A stretch of DNA of 64,000 nt from an uncultured Candidatus Saccharibacteria bacterium (GTDB lineage: Bacteria > Patescibacteriota > Saccharimonadia > Saccharimonadales > Saccharimonadaceae). Positions 47,855-57,314 of this stretch are shown here, in pieces (the stretch's first letter is position 1; each line of letters begins with the position of its first letter). The stretch covers positions 45,518 through 109,517 of the forward strand of contig CAYLKD010000002.1 of NCBI GenBank assembly GCA_964384345.1. Direction: 5' to 3'. Both the position numbers and the translations under genes were made by a program. Below the pieces are notes generated by a model. That model ran no database searches and was not told the origin of the DNA. It worked only from the letters and a program-made list of their open reading frames with translations.

Positions 47855-48748
47855 ATGCGACGACCAACTAAAGCAATAATTCCAGCAGCAGGATTTGGTA
47901 CCCGTTTTTTGCCGCAAACTAAAGCAATGCCAAAAGAAATGATGCCCATTGTCGACAAGCCTATAATTCAATATGTTGTTGAAGAGTTAGTAGCCGCAGG
48001 TATAAAAGATATTATTATTGTCGGAAGCAGCAATAAGCGTGCAATAGAAGATCATTTTGATATTCCAAACGAAGATTTGTTAACAAACCTTCGTGCGGGT
48101 GGGATAAAAAAACAGCCCTATATCGAATTAGTCGAATCAATATCCAATCTCGCAAATTTTGTGTATGTTAGACAAAAAGGTCCATATGGCAACGCGACAC
48201 CACTTCTCAGTGCAGCGCATTTAATTGGCGACGATGAATCATTTATCTACAAGTGGGCTGATGACTTTTTTACCCCTGAGGCAAATTCTACCATGCAGCT
48301 TATCGAGACATACGATACATATGAAGGCGGCGTATTTGCATGTAAACGCGTGGAGCAAGAGGCAGAATACAGCAAGTACGGCATTGCAGCAGGCGAACAA
48401 GTTGATAAGCTATCACTAAAGATGTCTCACATCGCCGAGAAGCCTGGAAAAGAAAATGCTCCTACTGATTTAGCGAGTGTTAGTAACTACCTTTTGCCAT
48501 CAGCGCTTTTAAAATATATTGAAGATGGAGCAAAGTCGCACACAGATGGAGAATTCACATTTCAGCCATTTGTCCAGATGATGATCGATGATGGACATGC
48601 TTTTTATGCACGCGAAATTGAAGGTGGAAAATTTTATGACACGGGTGACAAACTTGAATATCTTAAGACAACAATCGACTTTGGACTCATGCACGAAGAC
48701 CTTGGGCCTACTCTTCGTGCGTACATGGAAGAACGTCTTGGATTATAG
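47855..48748 (+). CDS. galU: UTP--glucose-1-phosphate uridylyltransferase
   Basis: AIIPAAGFGTRFLPQTKAMPKEM and VEE...AGI are present, with SD GAAGGAG. Confidence 0.9.
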   Translation: MRRPTKAIIPAAGFGTRFLPQTKAMPKEMMPIVDKPIIQYVVEELVAAGIKDIIIVGSSNKRAIEDHFDIPNEDLLTNLRAGGIKKQPYIELVESISNLANFVYVRQKGPYGNATPLLSAAHLIGDDESFIYKWADDFFTPEANSTMQLIETYDTYEGGVFACKRVEQEAEYSKYGIAAGEQVDKLSLKMSHIAEKPGKENAPTDLASVSNYLLPSALLKYIEDGAKSHTDGEFTFQPFVQMMIDDGHAFYAREIEGGKFYDTGDKLEYLKTTIDFGLMHEDLGPTLRAYMEERLGL

Positions 48749-48762
48749 ACGTACCTTTTACG

Positions 48763-48771
48763 TGATATACT
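48763..48771 (+). promoter_or_regulatory. Extended -10 (TGaTATACT) 6 nt upstream of ATG 48778
   Basis: Exact motif with no SD. The spacing implies a leaderless transcript. Confidence 0.45.
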
Positions 48772-48777
48772 AAGACA

Positions 48778-49026
48778 ATGAACGCAACAGAAATTCTAGT
48801 TATCATTTTATCAATCGCGCTAGCTGTTTTTCTTGTCGTTGCAATTGCCCTAGTTATTTTATTGATAAAGGTGACGTTACAAATCAAACGAGTTGCAGCA
48901 ACTGCTGAGCACACTGCCCAAGCTATTGATACTGCAGTCGGGAGCGTCGCTAGTACCGGCTCAAAGATGGCAGCTGGTAAAATGCTATTTAAAGTAGTTA
49001 AGACTGTTTTACGAAAAAAGAAGTAA
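48778..49026 (+). CDS. Small membrane protein (DUF948-like)
   Basis: It has an N-terminal TM helix followed by an amphipathic Ala-rich helix. Confidence 0.55.
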   Translation: MNATEILVIILSIALAVFLVVAIALVILLIKVTLQIKRVAATAEHTAQAIDTAVGSVASTGSKMAAGKMLFKVVKTVLRKKK

Positions 49027-49040
49027 GGAGAATATAGTAT

Positions 49041-49286
49041 ATGGCAAATTCACTTAAATTAGCACTCGGAGCAATCGTTGGGGCAGCAATCGGTGTCGCA
49101 GCAGGTGTCTTGACAGCACCAAAAAGTGGCAAAGAGACTCGTGCTGACCTCAAAGCAAAAGCACTCGATATTAAAGACAAAGCAGACGAAGCTACTCAAT
49201 CTGCAAAAGATAAAGCTACATCAATGACAAACAAAGCTAAACAATCTGTTTCTGACAAAATCGAAGGCAATCGAAGTGATTCATAA
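49041..49286 (+). CDS. YtxH-like protein
   Basis: GAIVGAAIGVAAGVLTAPKSGKETRADLK is the YtxH signature. Confidence 0.7.
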   Translation: MANSLKLALGAIVGAAIGVAAGVLTAPKSGKETRADLKAKALDIKDKADEATQSAKDKATSMTNKAKQSVSDKIEGNRSDS

Positions 49287-49292
49287 CTAGAT

Positions 49293-49598
49293 ATGTCTGA
49301 TAACAAAAAAGAATCACCGGTAAAAAAAGTCGTCAACAAATTTAAGCAGAATACTGAAAAAGGCGCCCGACGTGCTGTACTAGAGGATTTGTTTTACGAT
49401 TTTAATAGGAGTCGCGTACAAGTTTACAAAATGAATTTTGTTCGTGGCATCATGCTTGGTGCTGGGACAGTCATTGGTGGTACGTTAGTGATTGCATTGA
49501 TCATTTGGATCTTATCGCTACTCTCTCACGTCTTTCCGCCGCTCGGTAGTTTTTTCGAAGGCATTTCTCATACACTCCAAGCGCGCCCTACTAAATAA
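49293..49598 (+). CDS. Hypothetical small membrane protein
   Basis: It has a basic N-terminus and one or two TM helices (GIMLGAGTVIGGTLVIALIIWIL). Confidence 0.5.
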   Translation: MSDNKKESPVKKVVNKFKQNTEKGARRAVLEDLFYDFNRSRVQVYKMNFVRGIMLGAGTVIGGTLVIALIIWILSLLSHVFPPLGSFFEGISHTLQARPTK

Positions 49599-49655
49599 TA
49601 TTTCCATAAGTAAAACCTCACTTTCACGGTCATAAATCCGCTATACTAGGAGTAT

Positions 49656-52600
49656 ATGGATAGGGTGTTACAAGCAGCTGATTATGTTCATTTACATAAT
49701 CATACGCATCATAGCTTGCTCGATGGACTAACTAAGGTTCCAGAGCTCGTTTCGCGTGTCAAAGAACTTGGGATGGAAGCCTGCGCGATTACCGATCATG
49801 GTACGATGAGCGGCATCATTGAGTTTTATAAATCGTCCCAGGAACAGGGCATGAAGCCTATACTTGGGATTGAAACGTACGTTGCTGCGCGTTCACGCTT
49901 TGACCGTGATCCAAGTAAAGATAAAGCCAGATATCACCTGATTTTACTCGCAATGAATCAAGTGGGCTATCAAAACCTCATGATGTTATCAACCAAAGCG
50001 AACCTTGAGGGTATGTATTACAAACCGAGGATCGATCACGAACTACTCGAACAATACAATGAAGGAATCATAGCTCTCAGTGCCTGCGCAAGTGGAGAGC
50101 TTGGAGAAAACCTGCGCTCGGATAACTATGAAGAAGCAAAAGCTATTGCCGCGTGGTATAAGTCAATATTTGGGGACAGGTATTATCTTGAACTGCAAGA
50201 CCATGGTCACCCAGACAACCCACACGCCTGGAATGTACAGGTCAAAATCAACAAACATTTGACAAACATCTCCAAAGAACTTGACATCCCATGTGTTATT
50301 ACGAGTGATGGTCATTATTTGTCGCACGATGATCAAGAAGCTCACGAAATATTGCTCTGTGTTGGGACGGCTGCTTTCTTATCCGATGAAAAGCGAATGA
50401 GTTTGAAAGATTTCGAGCTTCACGTCACTGATCCAATGGAGATTATCGAGCGATGGAGTAAAACAAACCCAGAAGCAATTTTAAATACTAAACGAATTGC
50501 TGAGCGCTGTGATGTGGAAATAGAACTCGGCAAAATTTTGATTCCGAAATACCCAACTCCAAATGGTGAATCAGATAAAGAATATTTGGACATGCTGGTG
50601 TATCAAGGTATGGCGGTTCGCTATCACGCGGTTGATTCTGAAGCAGTCAAAACTATGTCAAATGACGCGATACGTGCACTTCTGACTGAGGCTGAGCGTG
50701 ATAGGCTCGATATGGAATTCGATGTCTTGGATCGAATGGGCTACAACGGCTATTTTCTTATTGTGCAAGATTTTATCAACTGGGGAAAGTCTCAGGGGAT
50801 TATCTTTGGACCTGGTCGTGGATCCGCTGCCGGATCAATTATCGCCTATTCGCTCAGTATCACTGATTTGGATCCGCTCAAATACGATTTGCTCTTTGAA
50901 CGATTTCTTAACCCTGATCGTATCTCAATGCCCGATATTGATATCGACATCCAGGATACTCGCCGTGGTGAGGTCATCGAATACTGTGCACAAAAATACG
51001 GCGAATCACGTGTGGCTAACATTGTGACGTTTGGTAAGATGGCAGCCCGCGCAGCAGTACGGGATGTATCACGAGTCCTACAGGTACCCTATGGTGAAGC
51101 AGATCGATTGTCAAAAATGATACCGCCACCGGTTCAAGGGCGTCACATTCCTTTAGCCGTTAGCATCAAAGATGATGCTGATCTCAAAGCTGAATATGAA
51201 TCAAACCCAACGGCGAAAGAAGTGTTTGATTATGCCATTCGACTTGAAGGTACGATACGATCACACGGGGTTCATGCTGCTGGTGTCGTGATCGCACCAG
51301 ATGATATCGTCAAATACGCACCGCTGGAAATGGCTCAAAAAGGCGTTGTTTCGACGCAATATTCCATGAACCCCGTGGAAGAGCTCGGTCTTTTGAAGAT
51401 GGACTTTCTAGGGTTATCAAACCTCACGATTATCAATAACGCCATGCGTATCATTAAACGTGTCTACGGAGATACGATAGTACTATCTGATATACCACTT
51501 GATGATCCAGAAACATACGCGCTTTTTCAACGTGGAGATACGACCGGCGTCTTTCAGCTTGAATCTGCAGGCATGAAGCGCTATTTACGTGAGCTTAAAC
51601 CGACGGCGTTTGATGACATCATTGCGATGGTTGCGCTCTATCGACCAGGTCCGATGCAGTTTATTGATAGCTTTATTAAGCGTAAACACGGTGAGGAAGA
51701 GATCACGTATTTGCATGATGGCATGAAGAACTCGTTGCAAAGTACGTATGGCATATTGGTTTATCAAGAGCAATTTATGCAGATCAGTAAAGAGTGGTGT
51801 GGTTTCACCGGTGGGCAAGCAGATACTCTCAGGAAAGCAGTTGGTAAAAAGAAAATTGATTTGATGCGCAAGGTCAAAGTTGATTTCGTAAAAGGTGCCG
51901 TAGAGCATGGGGGAGCGACGACTAAAGTAGCCGAAAAGTTCTGGGATCAGCTCGAAGAGTTTGCTAATTATTGTTTTAACAAATCTCATGCGGCGTGTTA
52001 CGGCATGATTTCGTATTGGACAGCGTATCTGAAAGCGCATTATCCAGATGCATTCATGGCTGCACTAATGACAAGCGATCAGGATAACATAGATCGGCTC
52101 GCTATCGAAATAAATGAATGCAAAAAAATGGGCATCACAGTATTGTCGCCAAGTGTAAATGAATCATTTGTCGAGTTCGCCGTGGTCCCGGGCAAATCAG
52201 AAATTCGTTTTGGAATGGCAGCGGTTAAGGGAGTTGGGACGGCTGCAGTTGAGGAAATTTTGCGAGCTCGTGCCGCAGCGAAGTTTGAAAGCATAGAAGA
52301 TTTTGCAACGCGTGTATCAACTTCGAAGTTCAATAAAAAAGCATGGGACGCACTCATTAAATCAGGTGCGTTTGATGAATTTGCAAATCGTTCGGACCTT
52401 CTCTTTAACCTCGAGCAAATCCAAGCCTTTGCAAGCAAAGTTCAAAAAGAAGCTGCCAATGGACAAACTGATTTGTTCGGCAATCTCATTGATGATACGT
52501 CGTTACGCCGAAGCATAACGATGCAGACAGCGCCGGTCAAATATACCGACCGAGAACAGCTTACTTGGGAAAGAGAGCTACTAGGTCTTTATATTAGCGC

Positions 52601-53291
52601 CCATCCCCTCGACAATTATGATCGATATTTTGAAGAGCAAACAATTCCTTTGAATTCTCTTCAATCTGATATGGATGGCAAAAAAGCAACGATAGGAGGC
52701 ATCATAACAACGCTACGATCTATCGTCACAAAGTCTGGTGCGAAAATGGCATTCGTTGCTATTGAAGATAAAACGGGTGAATCGGAAATAATTGTTTTCC
52801 CTGAGCTATATAAACAAGTGGCAAAGGATCTTGCCGTCGACGTCGTCATACGCACCAGCGGCAAGCTAAACGCGCGTGATCGTGACGGCAATATCGTTAG
52901 TGATATAAAGATTATCGCGGATGAGTTTTCAGTCGTTACCGAAAAAGAGCTCCGAGATTATGAGTCGAATGGTAGAGCAATGAAACTACCAAAATCATCT
53001 CCGCAGCAACAAAATGTTACGACGCAGCGGATTGCAGCCGTACCAGAAAAACAGGCCGCCGCAGTCAAGCTGACGACGGTGTATGTTCATATCAAAGACC
53101 CAAATGATCACACTAAACTCGCACTATTGAAGCAAATCTGCGCAAAACACCCAGGCATCAGCGATATTATATTAGTCCTCGGCGACGATCAAAAGTCTGC
53201 TATCAAATTACCATTTAGGGTAGATGATACTGACAGCTTTATTGCTGGTTTAGTGAAAGAACTTGGCGAAGACGCCGTTAAAATTAAATAG
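49656..53291 (+). CDS. dnaE: DNA polymerase III alpha subunit
   Basis: It has a PHP domain (HLHNHTHHSLLDG), a polymerase core (GRGSAAGS, PDIDID), HhH and OB domains. Length is 1211 aa. Confidence 0.95.
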   Translation: MDRVLQAADYVHLHNHTHHSLLDGLTKVPELVSRVKELGMEACAITDHGTMSGIIEFYKSSQEQGMKPILGIETYVAARSRFDRDPSKDKARYHLILLAMNQVGYQNLMMLSTKANLEGMYYKPRIDHELLEQYNEGIIALSACASGELGENLRSDNYEEAKAIAAWYKSIFGDRYYLELQDHGHPDNPHAWNVQVKINKHLTNISKELDIPCVITSDGHYLSHDDQEAHEILLCVGTAAFLSDEKRMSLKDFELHVTDPMEIIERWSKTNPEAILNTKRIAERCDVEIELGKILIPKYPTPNGESDKEYLDMLVYQGMAVRYHAVDSEAVKTMSNDAIRALLTEAERDRLDMEFDVLDRMGYNGYFLIVQDFINWGKSQGIIFGPGRGSAAGSIIAYSLSITDLDPLKYDLLFERFLNPDRISMPDIDIDIQDTRRGEVIEYCAQKYGESRVANIVTFGKMAARAAVRDVSRVLQVPYGEADRLSKMIPPPVQGRHIPLAVSIKDDADLKAEYESNPTAKEVFDYAIRLEGTIRSHGVHAAGVVIAPDDIVKYAPLEMAQKGVVSTQYSMNPVEELGLLKMDFLGLSNLTIINNAMRIIKRVYGDTIVLSDIPLDDPETYALFQRGDTTGVFQLESAGMKRYLRELKPTAFDDIIAMVALYRPGPMQFIDSFIKRKHGEEEITYLHDGMKNSLQSTYGILVYQEQFMQISKEWCGFTGGQADTLRKAVGKKKIDLMRKVKVDFVKGAVEHGGATTKVAEKFWDQLEEFANYCFNKSHAACYGMISYWTAYLKAHYPDAFMAALMTSDQDNIDRLAIEINECKKMGITVLSPSVNESFVEFAVVPGKSEIRFGMAAVKGVGTAAVEEILRARAAAKFESIEDFATRVSTSKFNKKAWDALIKSGAFDEFANRSDLLFNLEQIQAFASKVQKEAANGQTDLFGNLIDDTSLRRSITMQTAPVKYTDREQLTWERELLGLYISAHPLDNYDRYFEEQTIPLNSLQSDMDGKKATIGGIITTLRSIVTKSGAKMAFVAIEDKTGESEIIVFPELYKQVAKDLAVDVVIRTSGKLNARDRDGNIVSDIKIIADEFSVVTEKELRDYESNGRAMKLPKSSPQQQNVTTQRIAAVPEKQAAAVKLTTVYVHIKDPNDHTKLALLKQICAKHPGISDIILVLGDDQKSAIKLPFRVDDTDSFIAGLVKELGEDAVKIK

Positions 53292-53293
53292 AT

Positions 53294-53776
53294 TTAGCGC
53301 GTAAGAGCGTAAAGCGCTATACCAGTTGCAACTGATACGTTGAAGGATTCCTTTTGTCCATACATCGGTATTTCGACGACTGCGTCACAGCGTGACAAAT
53401 AAGCCTTTTCTATGCCGTGCACCTCTTCACCGAGGAGTAAACCAAACGAAGTTGGTGGTGAGAAGGTGTCTATCAGTGTCGCTGATGTTGATTGCTCAAG
53501 TGCGATCAAAGGTTCTGTATTTGTCTTCAGCCACTCATCAAGCGATGTCACATAGCGAAAAGGTACCATCGATTCGGCTCCTAGTGCTGTTTTGTGAATC
53601 TGACTGGTGATCTTATCGCGAATGTGCGGCAGACGGGAATCATTTGACAAAGTTGGATATGGTGTGTAGCCAGTACATATAATCTCTACTACGCCAAATC
53701 CTTCTGCGGTGCGAAAAATTGAACCAACATTGTGTGTCGAGCGAATATTATGCAAAATTAGTCGAATGGCTGACAT
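53294..53776 (-). CDS. TrmH/SpoU-family RNA 2'-O-methyltransferase
   Basis: The SpoU motifs are NVGSIFRTAEGFG, LLLGEEVHGI and IPMYGQKESFNVSVATGIALY. I chose the start at Met47 of the ORF, using the promoter and the divergent neighbour as guides. Confidence 0.8.
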   Translation of the reverse strand: MSAIRLILHNIRSTHNVGSIFRTAEGFGVVEIICTGYTPYPTLSNDSRLPHIRDKITSQIHKTALGAESMVPFRYVTSLDEWLKTNTEPLIALEQSTSATLIDTFSPPTSFGLLLGEEVHGIEKAYLSRCDAVVEIPMYGQKESFNVSVATGIALYALTR

Positions 53777-53783
53777 ATATCGT

Positions 53784-53792
53784 ATTGTACCA
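53784..53792 (-). promoter_or_regulatory. Extended -10 (TGgTACAAT) 7 nt upstream of the trmH-like ATG 53776
   Basis: Minus-strand motif with no SD. Confidence 0.45.
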
Positions 53793-53813
53793 CTATAAAA
53801 ACCATGAGCTTTT

Positions 53814-53822
53814 TGGTATAGT
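53814..53822 (+). promoter_or_regulatory. Extended -10 (TGgTATAGT) 7 nt upstream of pilB ATG 53830
   Basis: Plus-strand motif with no SD. It lies back-to-back with the element at 53784-53792. Confidence 0.45.
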
Positions 53823-53829
53823 ACGGGCA

Positions 53830-55449
53830 ATGGATGAGAATAAAATACAAGCACAGCGTCGTCAGCATGATGAGGAAGCGACAAAGCAGCGCGCGGCCAT
53901 TCTGGGCGTGTCATACCTTGATACGAGGCAGCTGGAAAACGAGCTGCCGCTTGTCAGTGATACGCTGAGTGTTGCTGATATGTACCGGACATACGTCGTG
54001 CCGCTTCGCGGACCTATTGATGGCTCGCCGTACGAATTTGGTATAACCACTCAGACCCCACAATCAGTGCTTCGAGAAATGACTCAAAACTACAATGATA
54101 ATGGCAACAATATCCATTTTTCAATGATCAGTGGCTCTGGCTTTAAAGCTTTCATGCAGCGATACGACCCACCAAAAAAAGTCATTTACGATGATATTAA
54201 AATCGGCGGTGCAGGTGATAGCGACACGATTACGGAGGTAAGTAAGACACTCAACGCTGTTGGCACAGATCAAGTATTTGATTTTCTCATAGATCAAGCA
54301 GACTTACTCGGCGCAAGCGATATTCATATTGAAAATCAGCGGACCTACATTCGTATACGTATGCGTATTGATGGAGCACTTCATCAGGTCGCGGAGCTTG
54401 AAAAAGATCGCTATAGGGTCATCATGGGCGCACTTGGATCTCGTGCAAATATTTCAGTTGCAGCAACAGATCCACAATCGGGACATATGCAAAAGGATAT
54501 TACTCGAGATGGGGCAACACACCTGTTGAACCTTCGTGTTGAAACTGTACCGACCATGTATGGCCAAGACGCGGTGTTACGATTATTTAATTTCGATGAG
54601 AGTCTCTTGCAGCTTGATCATTTATCGCTTTCAGAAAAAGAGCGCACTAAGATCGATGAGATCATCAGTCACCCACGGGGGCTGGTACTTATGGTTGGTC
54701 CAACCGGCTCCGGTAAATCAACAACACTGTATAGTATGCTCAATGCACTCAATACATCTGACAGAAAATTAATCACGCTCGAAGACCCAATTGAGTATGG
54801 CTTGACTGGTATATCTCAAATTCCGATCGACACGACTGGCGGCAAAAGCTTTGCTGATGGTTTGCGCAGTGTGCTGCGTCTCGATCCTGATGTCGTGATG
54901 GTTGGAGAGATTCGCGACGCTGATACCGCGCGAACAGCTATTCAAGCGTCGATTACGGGACACCTCGTCCTCTCGTCGTTTCATGCAAATTCAACAGCCG
55001 CAGCCTTTAGCCGCATGATCGACCTTATTGGTCAAAATCCGATCTTTAGCTCGGCGATTCGACTTGTCATAGCGCAGCGCCTCGTTCGCAAGCTTGTCGA
55101 CGAAACGAAACAAGAGTACGAGCCAGATGAAGCAACGCGTAAATGGGTCAATGACGTACTGCAAGGAATTCCTTCCGAGGAGCTACCAGATCTTGACACG
55201 TTCAAGCTGTGGAAGCCAGTTCCTTCTGAAGCTGCCCCATTCGGCTACAAAGGCCGTATGGTTATCATGGAGCAAATGGTCATCGACGAAGAAATCCAAA
55301 AATTCATCCGTGGTGATGCCGAAGATATTCATACTGAGTCAATAGAAAAAGCAGCCAAGGCTGGCGGAATGCATACACTCCTGCAAGTCGGGGTGCTAGC
55401 AGCACTGCGCGGTGAAACAACGCTCGAGGAAGTGAACCGTGTCATTTAG
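53830..55449 (+). CDS. pilB: Type IV pilus / type II secretion ATPase (PilB/GspE family)
   Basis: It has a T2SSE N-domain, Walker A GPTGSGKSTTLYS, Asp/His boxes and Walker B DPDVVMVGEIRD. The ORF stays open upstream to 53719. Confidence 0.88.
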   Translation: MDENKIQAQRRQHDEEATKQRAAILGVSYLDTRQLENELPLVSDTLSVADMYRTYVVPLRGPIDGSPYEFGITTQTPQSVLREMTQNYNDNGNNIHFSMISGSGFKAFMQRYDPPKKVIYDDIKIGGAGDSDTITEVSKTLNAVGTDQVFDFLIDQADLLGASDIHIENQRTYIRIRMRIDGALHQVAELEKDRYRVIMGALGSRANISVAATDPQSGHMQKDITRDGATHLLNLRVETVPTMYGQDAVLRLFNFDESLLQLDHLSLSEKERTKIDEIISHPRGLVLMVGPTGSGKSTTLYSMLNALNTSDRKLITLEDPIEYGLTGISQIPIDTTGGKSFADGLRSVLRLDPDVVMVGEIRDADTARTAIQASITGHLVLSSFHANSTAAAFSRMIDLIGQNPIFSSAIRLVIAQRLVRKLVDETKQEYEPDEATRKWVNDVLQGIPSEELPDLDTFKLWKPVPSEAAPFGYKGRMVIMEQMVIDEEIQKFIRGDAEDIHTESIEKAAKAGGMHTLLQVGVLAALRGETTLEEVNRVI

Positions 55450-55471
55450 ATTCCCGCAGCTAAGTTAGCTT

Positions 55472-56605
55472 TTAGCAGATAACTTTTGCAATCGCTGGCA
55501 CAAGCCGTTCGTCAAATACACTTGGAATGATGTTGTCGGCAGTCGGCATCTCGACGAAACTTGCAATGACTTTGGCTGCGGCGATTTTGTGTTCGTCAGT
55601 AATGGCAGAAACCTTATTATCAAGCGCGCCTCGAAAGATACCTGGGAATACCAAAGCATTATTAACTTGATTTGCAAAGTCGCTGCGACCTGTTGCTACT
55701 ACCGCTGCTCCAGCAGCTTTCGCTTCATCGGGCATTATTTCTGGTGTTGGATTGGCAAGTGCAAATATGATCGGCTGATTCGCCATTGTTTTGACCATAG
55801 ATTGTGTCAATACTCCTGGTTTTGATACGCCGATGAATATATCTGCATCAACAATCGCATTTTCGAGTGAGCCGGAACCTGATCCGTCTATGAACGGTAA
55901 AAGCGCTTGCTTTTCGCTATTAAGATCATTTCGTGATTCACATATAATGCCCTTTGAATCAACCGCTACAAGTGATCCGACACCGTACTTATGTAGTAGT
56001 TTAATGATTGCAGTTCCAGCAGCGCCTGCCCCAATTGTGACGATTTTGCAATCAGCTAGCTCTTTTTTGGTGACTTTCATGGCATTGATAAGACCTGCAA
56101 GTACGACGACCGCCGTGCCGTGTTGATCATCGTGAAATACCGGGATGTCGAGTTCGGCTTTAAGACGCTCTTCGACATCAAAGCATTTAGGTGCCGATAT
56201 ATCTTCGAGGTTGATGGCGCCAAAACTTGGTGCGATGGCTTTGACAACCGACACGATTTCATCGGCTGTATGGACATCGAGAATAATTGGAATGCTATCT
56301 ATGTCTGCAAAGTGTTTAAAAAGAAGGGATTTTCCTTCCATGACTGGCATGCTGCCTTTAGGACCAATATCACCAAGTCCGAGTACTGCAGAGCCGTCGG
56401 AGATTACGGCTACGAGATTATTTGTCCATGTGTATGTCGGCAGTAGCGTAGGGTCGTCGGCGATTGCTTTTGAAACTGCCGCAACACCTGGCGTATAGTA
56501 CGCACTCAGTTTTTCTCGATCAAGCTGGGAATCATCTCGGAGCTTAGTGGTAATTTTGCCTTTGTACTGTGCGTGGAGTGATAGTGCAAGTTCATCGTAA
56601 TTCAT
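55472..56605 (-). CDS. NAD(P)-dependent malic enzyme (short form, no PTA domain)
   Basis: YTPGVA, VAVISDGSAVLGLGDIG and GAGAAG are present. Length is 377 aa. Confidence 0.88.
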   Translation of the reverse strand: MNYDELALSLHAQYKGKITTKLRDDSQLDREKLSAYYTPGVAAVSKAIADDPTLLPTYTWTNNLVAVISDGSAVLGLGDIGPKGSMPVMEGKSLLFKHFADIDSIPIILDVHTADEIVSVVKAIAPSFGAINLEDISAPKCFDVEERLKAELDIPVFHDDQHGTAVVVLAGLINAMKVTKKELADCKIVTIGAGAAGTAIIKLLHKYGVGSLVAVDSKGIICESRNDLNSEKQALLPFIDGSGSGSLENAIVDADIFIGVSKPGVLTQSMVKTMANQPIIFALANPTPEIMPDEAKAAGAAVVATGRSDFANQVNNALVFPGIFRGALDNKVSAITDEHKIAAAKVIASFVEMPTADNIIPSVFDERLVPAIAKVIC

Positions 56606-56721
56606 AGTAGTAGTATACTACCTGAAGCCTACGATAGATATTGTGGCGACCTCTTTTCAAATCCCTCTATCTCTGCTATAATTTGATACTGACTGTAAAT
56701 AAAATGTAAGAAGAGAGAATT

Positions 56722-57249
56722 ATGAGTTTTGCACTAATTCAAAAAGTTAATGATGAGCAGAAAAAATCAGCCGTCGTTGACGCCCGCAGCGGTGACACAG
56801 TTCGTGTCCACCAACAAATCAAGGAAGGCGCCAAAGAGCGTGTTCAAATTTTTGAAGGCGTCGTGATCCGTACTGACAATAAAAATTCACACACCAGCCG
56901 AATCACGGTTCGTAAAGTAGCCAGCGGTATCGGTGTTGAAAAAAGTTTCTTGGTCCATAGTCCTCTCGTTTTGAAAATTGAAGTAGTTCGACGCGCCAAA
57001 GTTCGCCGTAACTACCTCAGCTTCCTCAGAAATCGAGCTGGTAAGAGCGCCCGCCTTACAGCTGTTAATTTTGACCGTGAAGGTATCAACAACATTCATG
57101 ATGCAGAAGCTGAAGCTGTCGAAGCAAAGCTACATGAAGAGACGGTAAAAGCAGCTGAAGCTGAAGCCGAGAAAAAAGCTGAAGCAGACAAAGAACTTGA
57201 AGCAAAACAAGCAAGTGTCGAAGCAGCGCACAACGCTACAAAAGCATAA
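56722..57249 (+). CDS. rplS: 50S ribosomal protein L19 with an Ala/Glu/Lys-rich C-terminal extension of about 60 aa
   Basis: The L19 core is GDTVRVHQQIKEG.KERVQIFEGVVI...SP.V..IEVVRR..VRR. At 175 aa it is well above the 115 aa of E. coli L19. Confidence 0.9.
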   Translation: MSFALIQKVNDEQKKSAVVDARSGDTVRVHQQIKEGAKERVQIFEGVVIRTDNKNSHTSRITVRKVASGIGVEKSFLVHSPLVLKIEVVRRAKVRRNYLSFLRNRAGKSARLTAVNFDREGINNIHDAEAEAVEAKLHEETVKAAEAEAEKKAEADKELEAKQASVEAAHNATKA

Positions 57250-57272
57250 CATTGCTGCCTAGCACTATTAAT

Positions 57273-57299
57273 CCCGCCACACCTCGTGGCGGGTTTTTT
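57273..57299 (+). terminator. Intrinsic terminator after rplS
   Basis: CCCGCCAC, loop ACCTC, GTGGCGGG, then T6. Confidence 0.85.
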
Positions 57300-57307
57300 G
57301 ATATAGT
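57299..57307 (+). promoter_or_regulatory. Extended -10 (TGaTATAGT) 7 nt upstream of ATG 57315
   Basis: It lies directly after the rplS terminator, with no SD. Confidence 0.45.
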
Positions 57308-57314
57308 AAAGACT

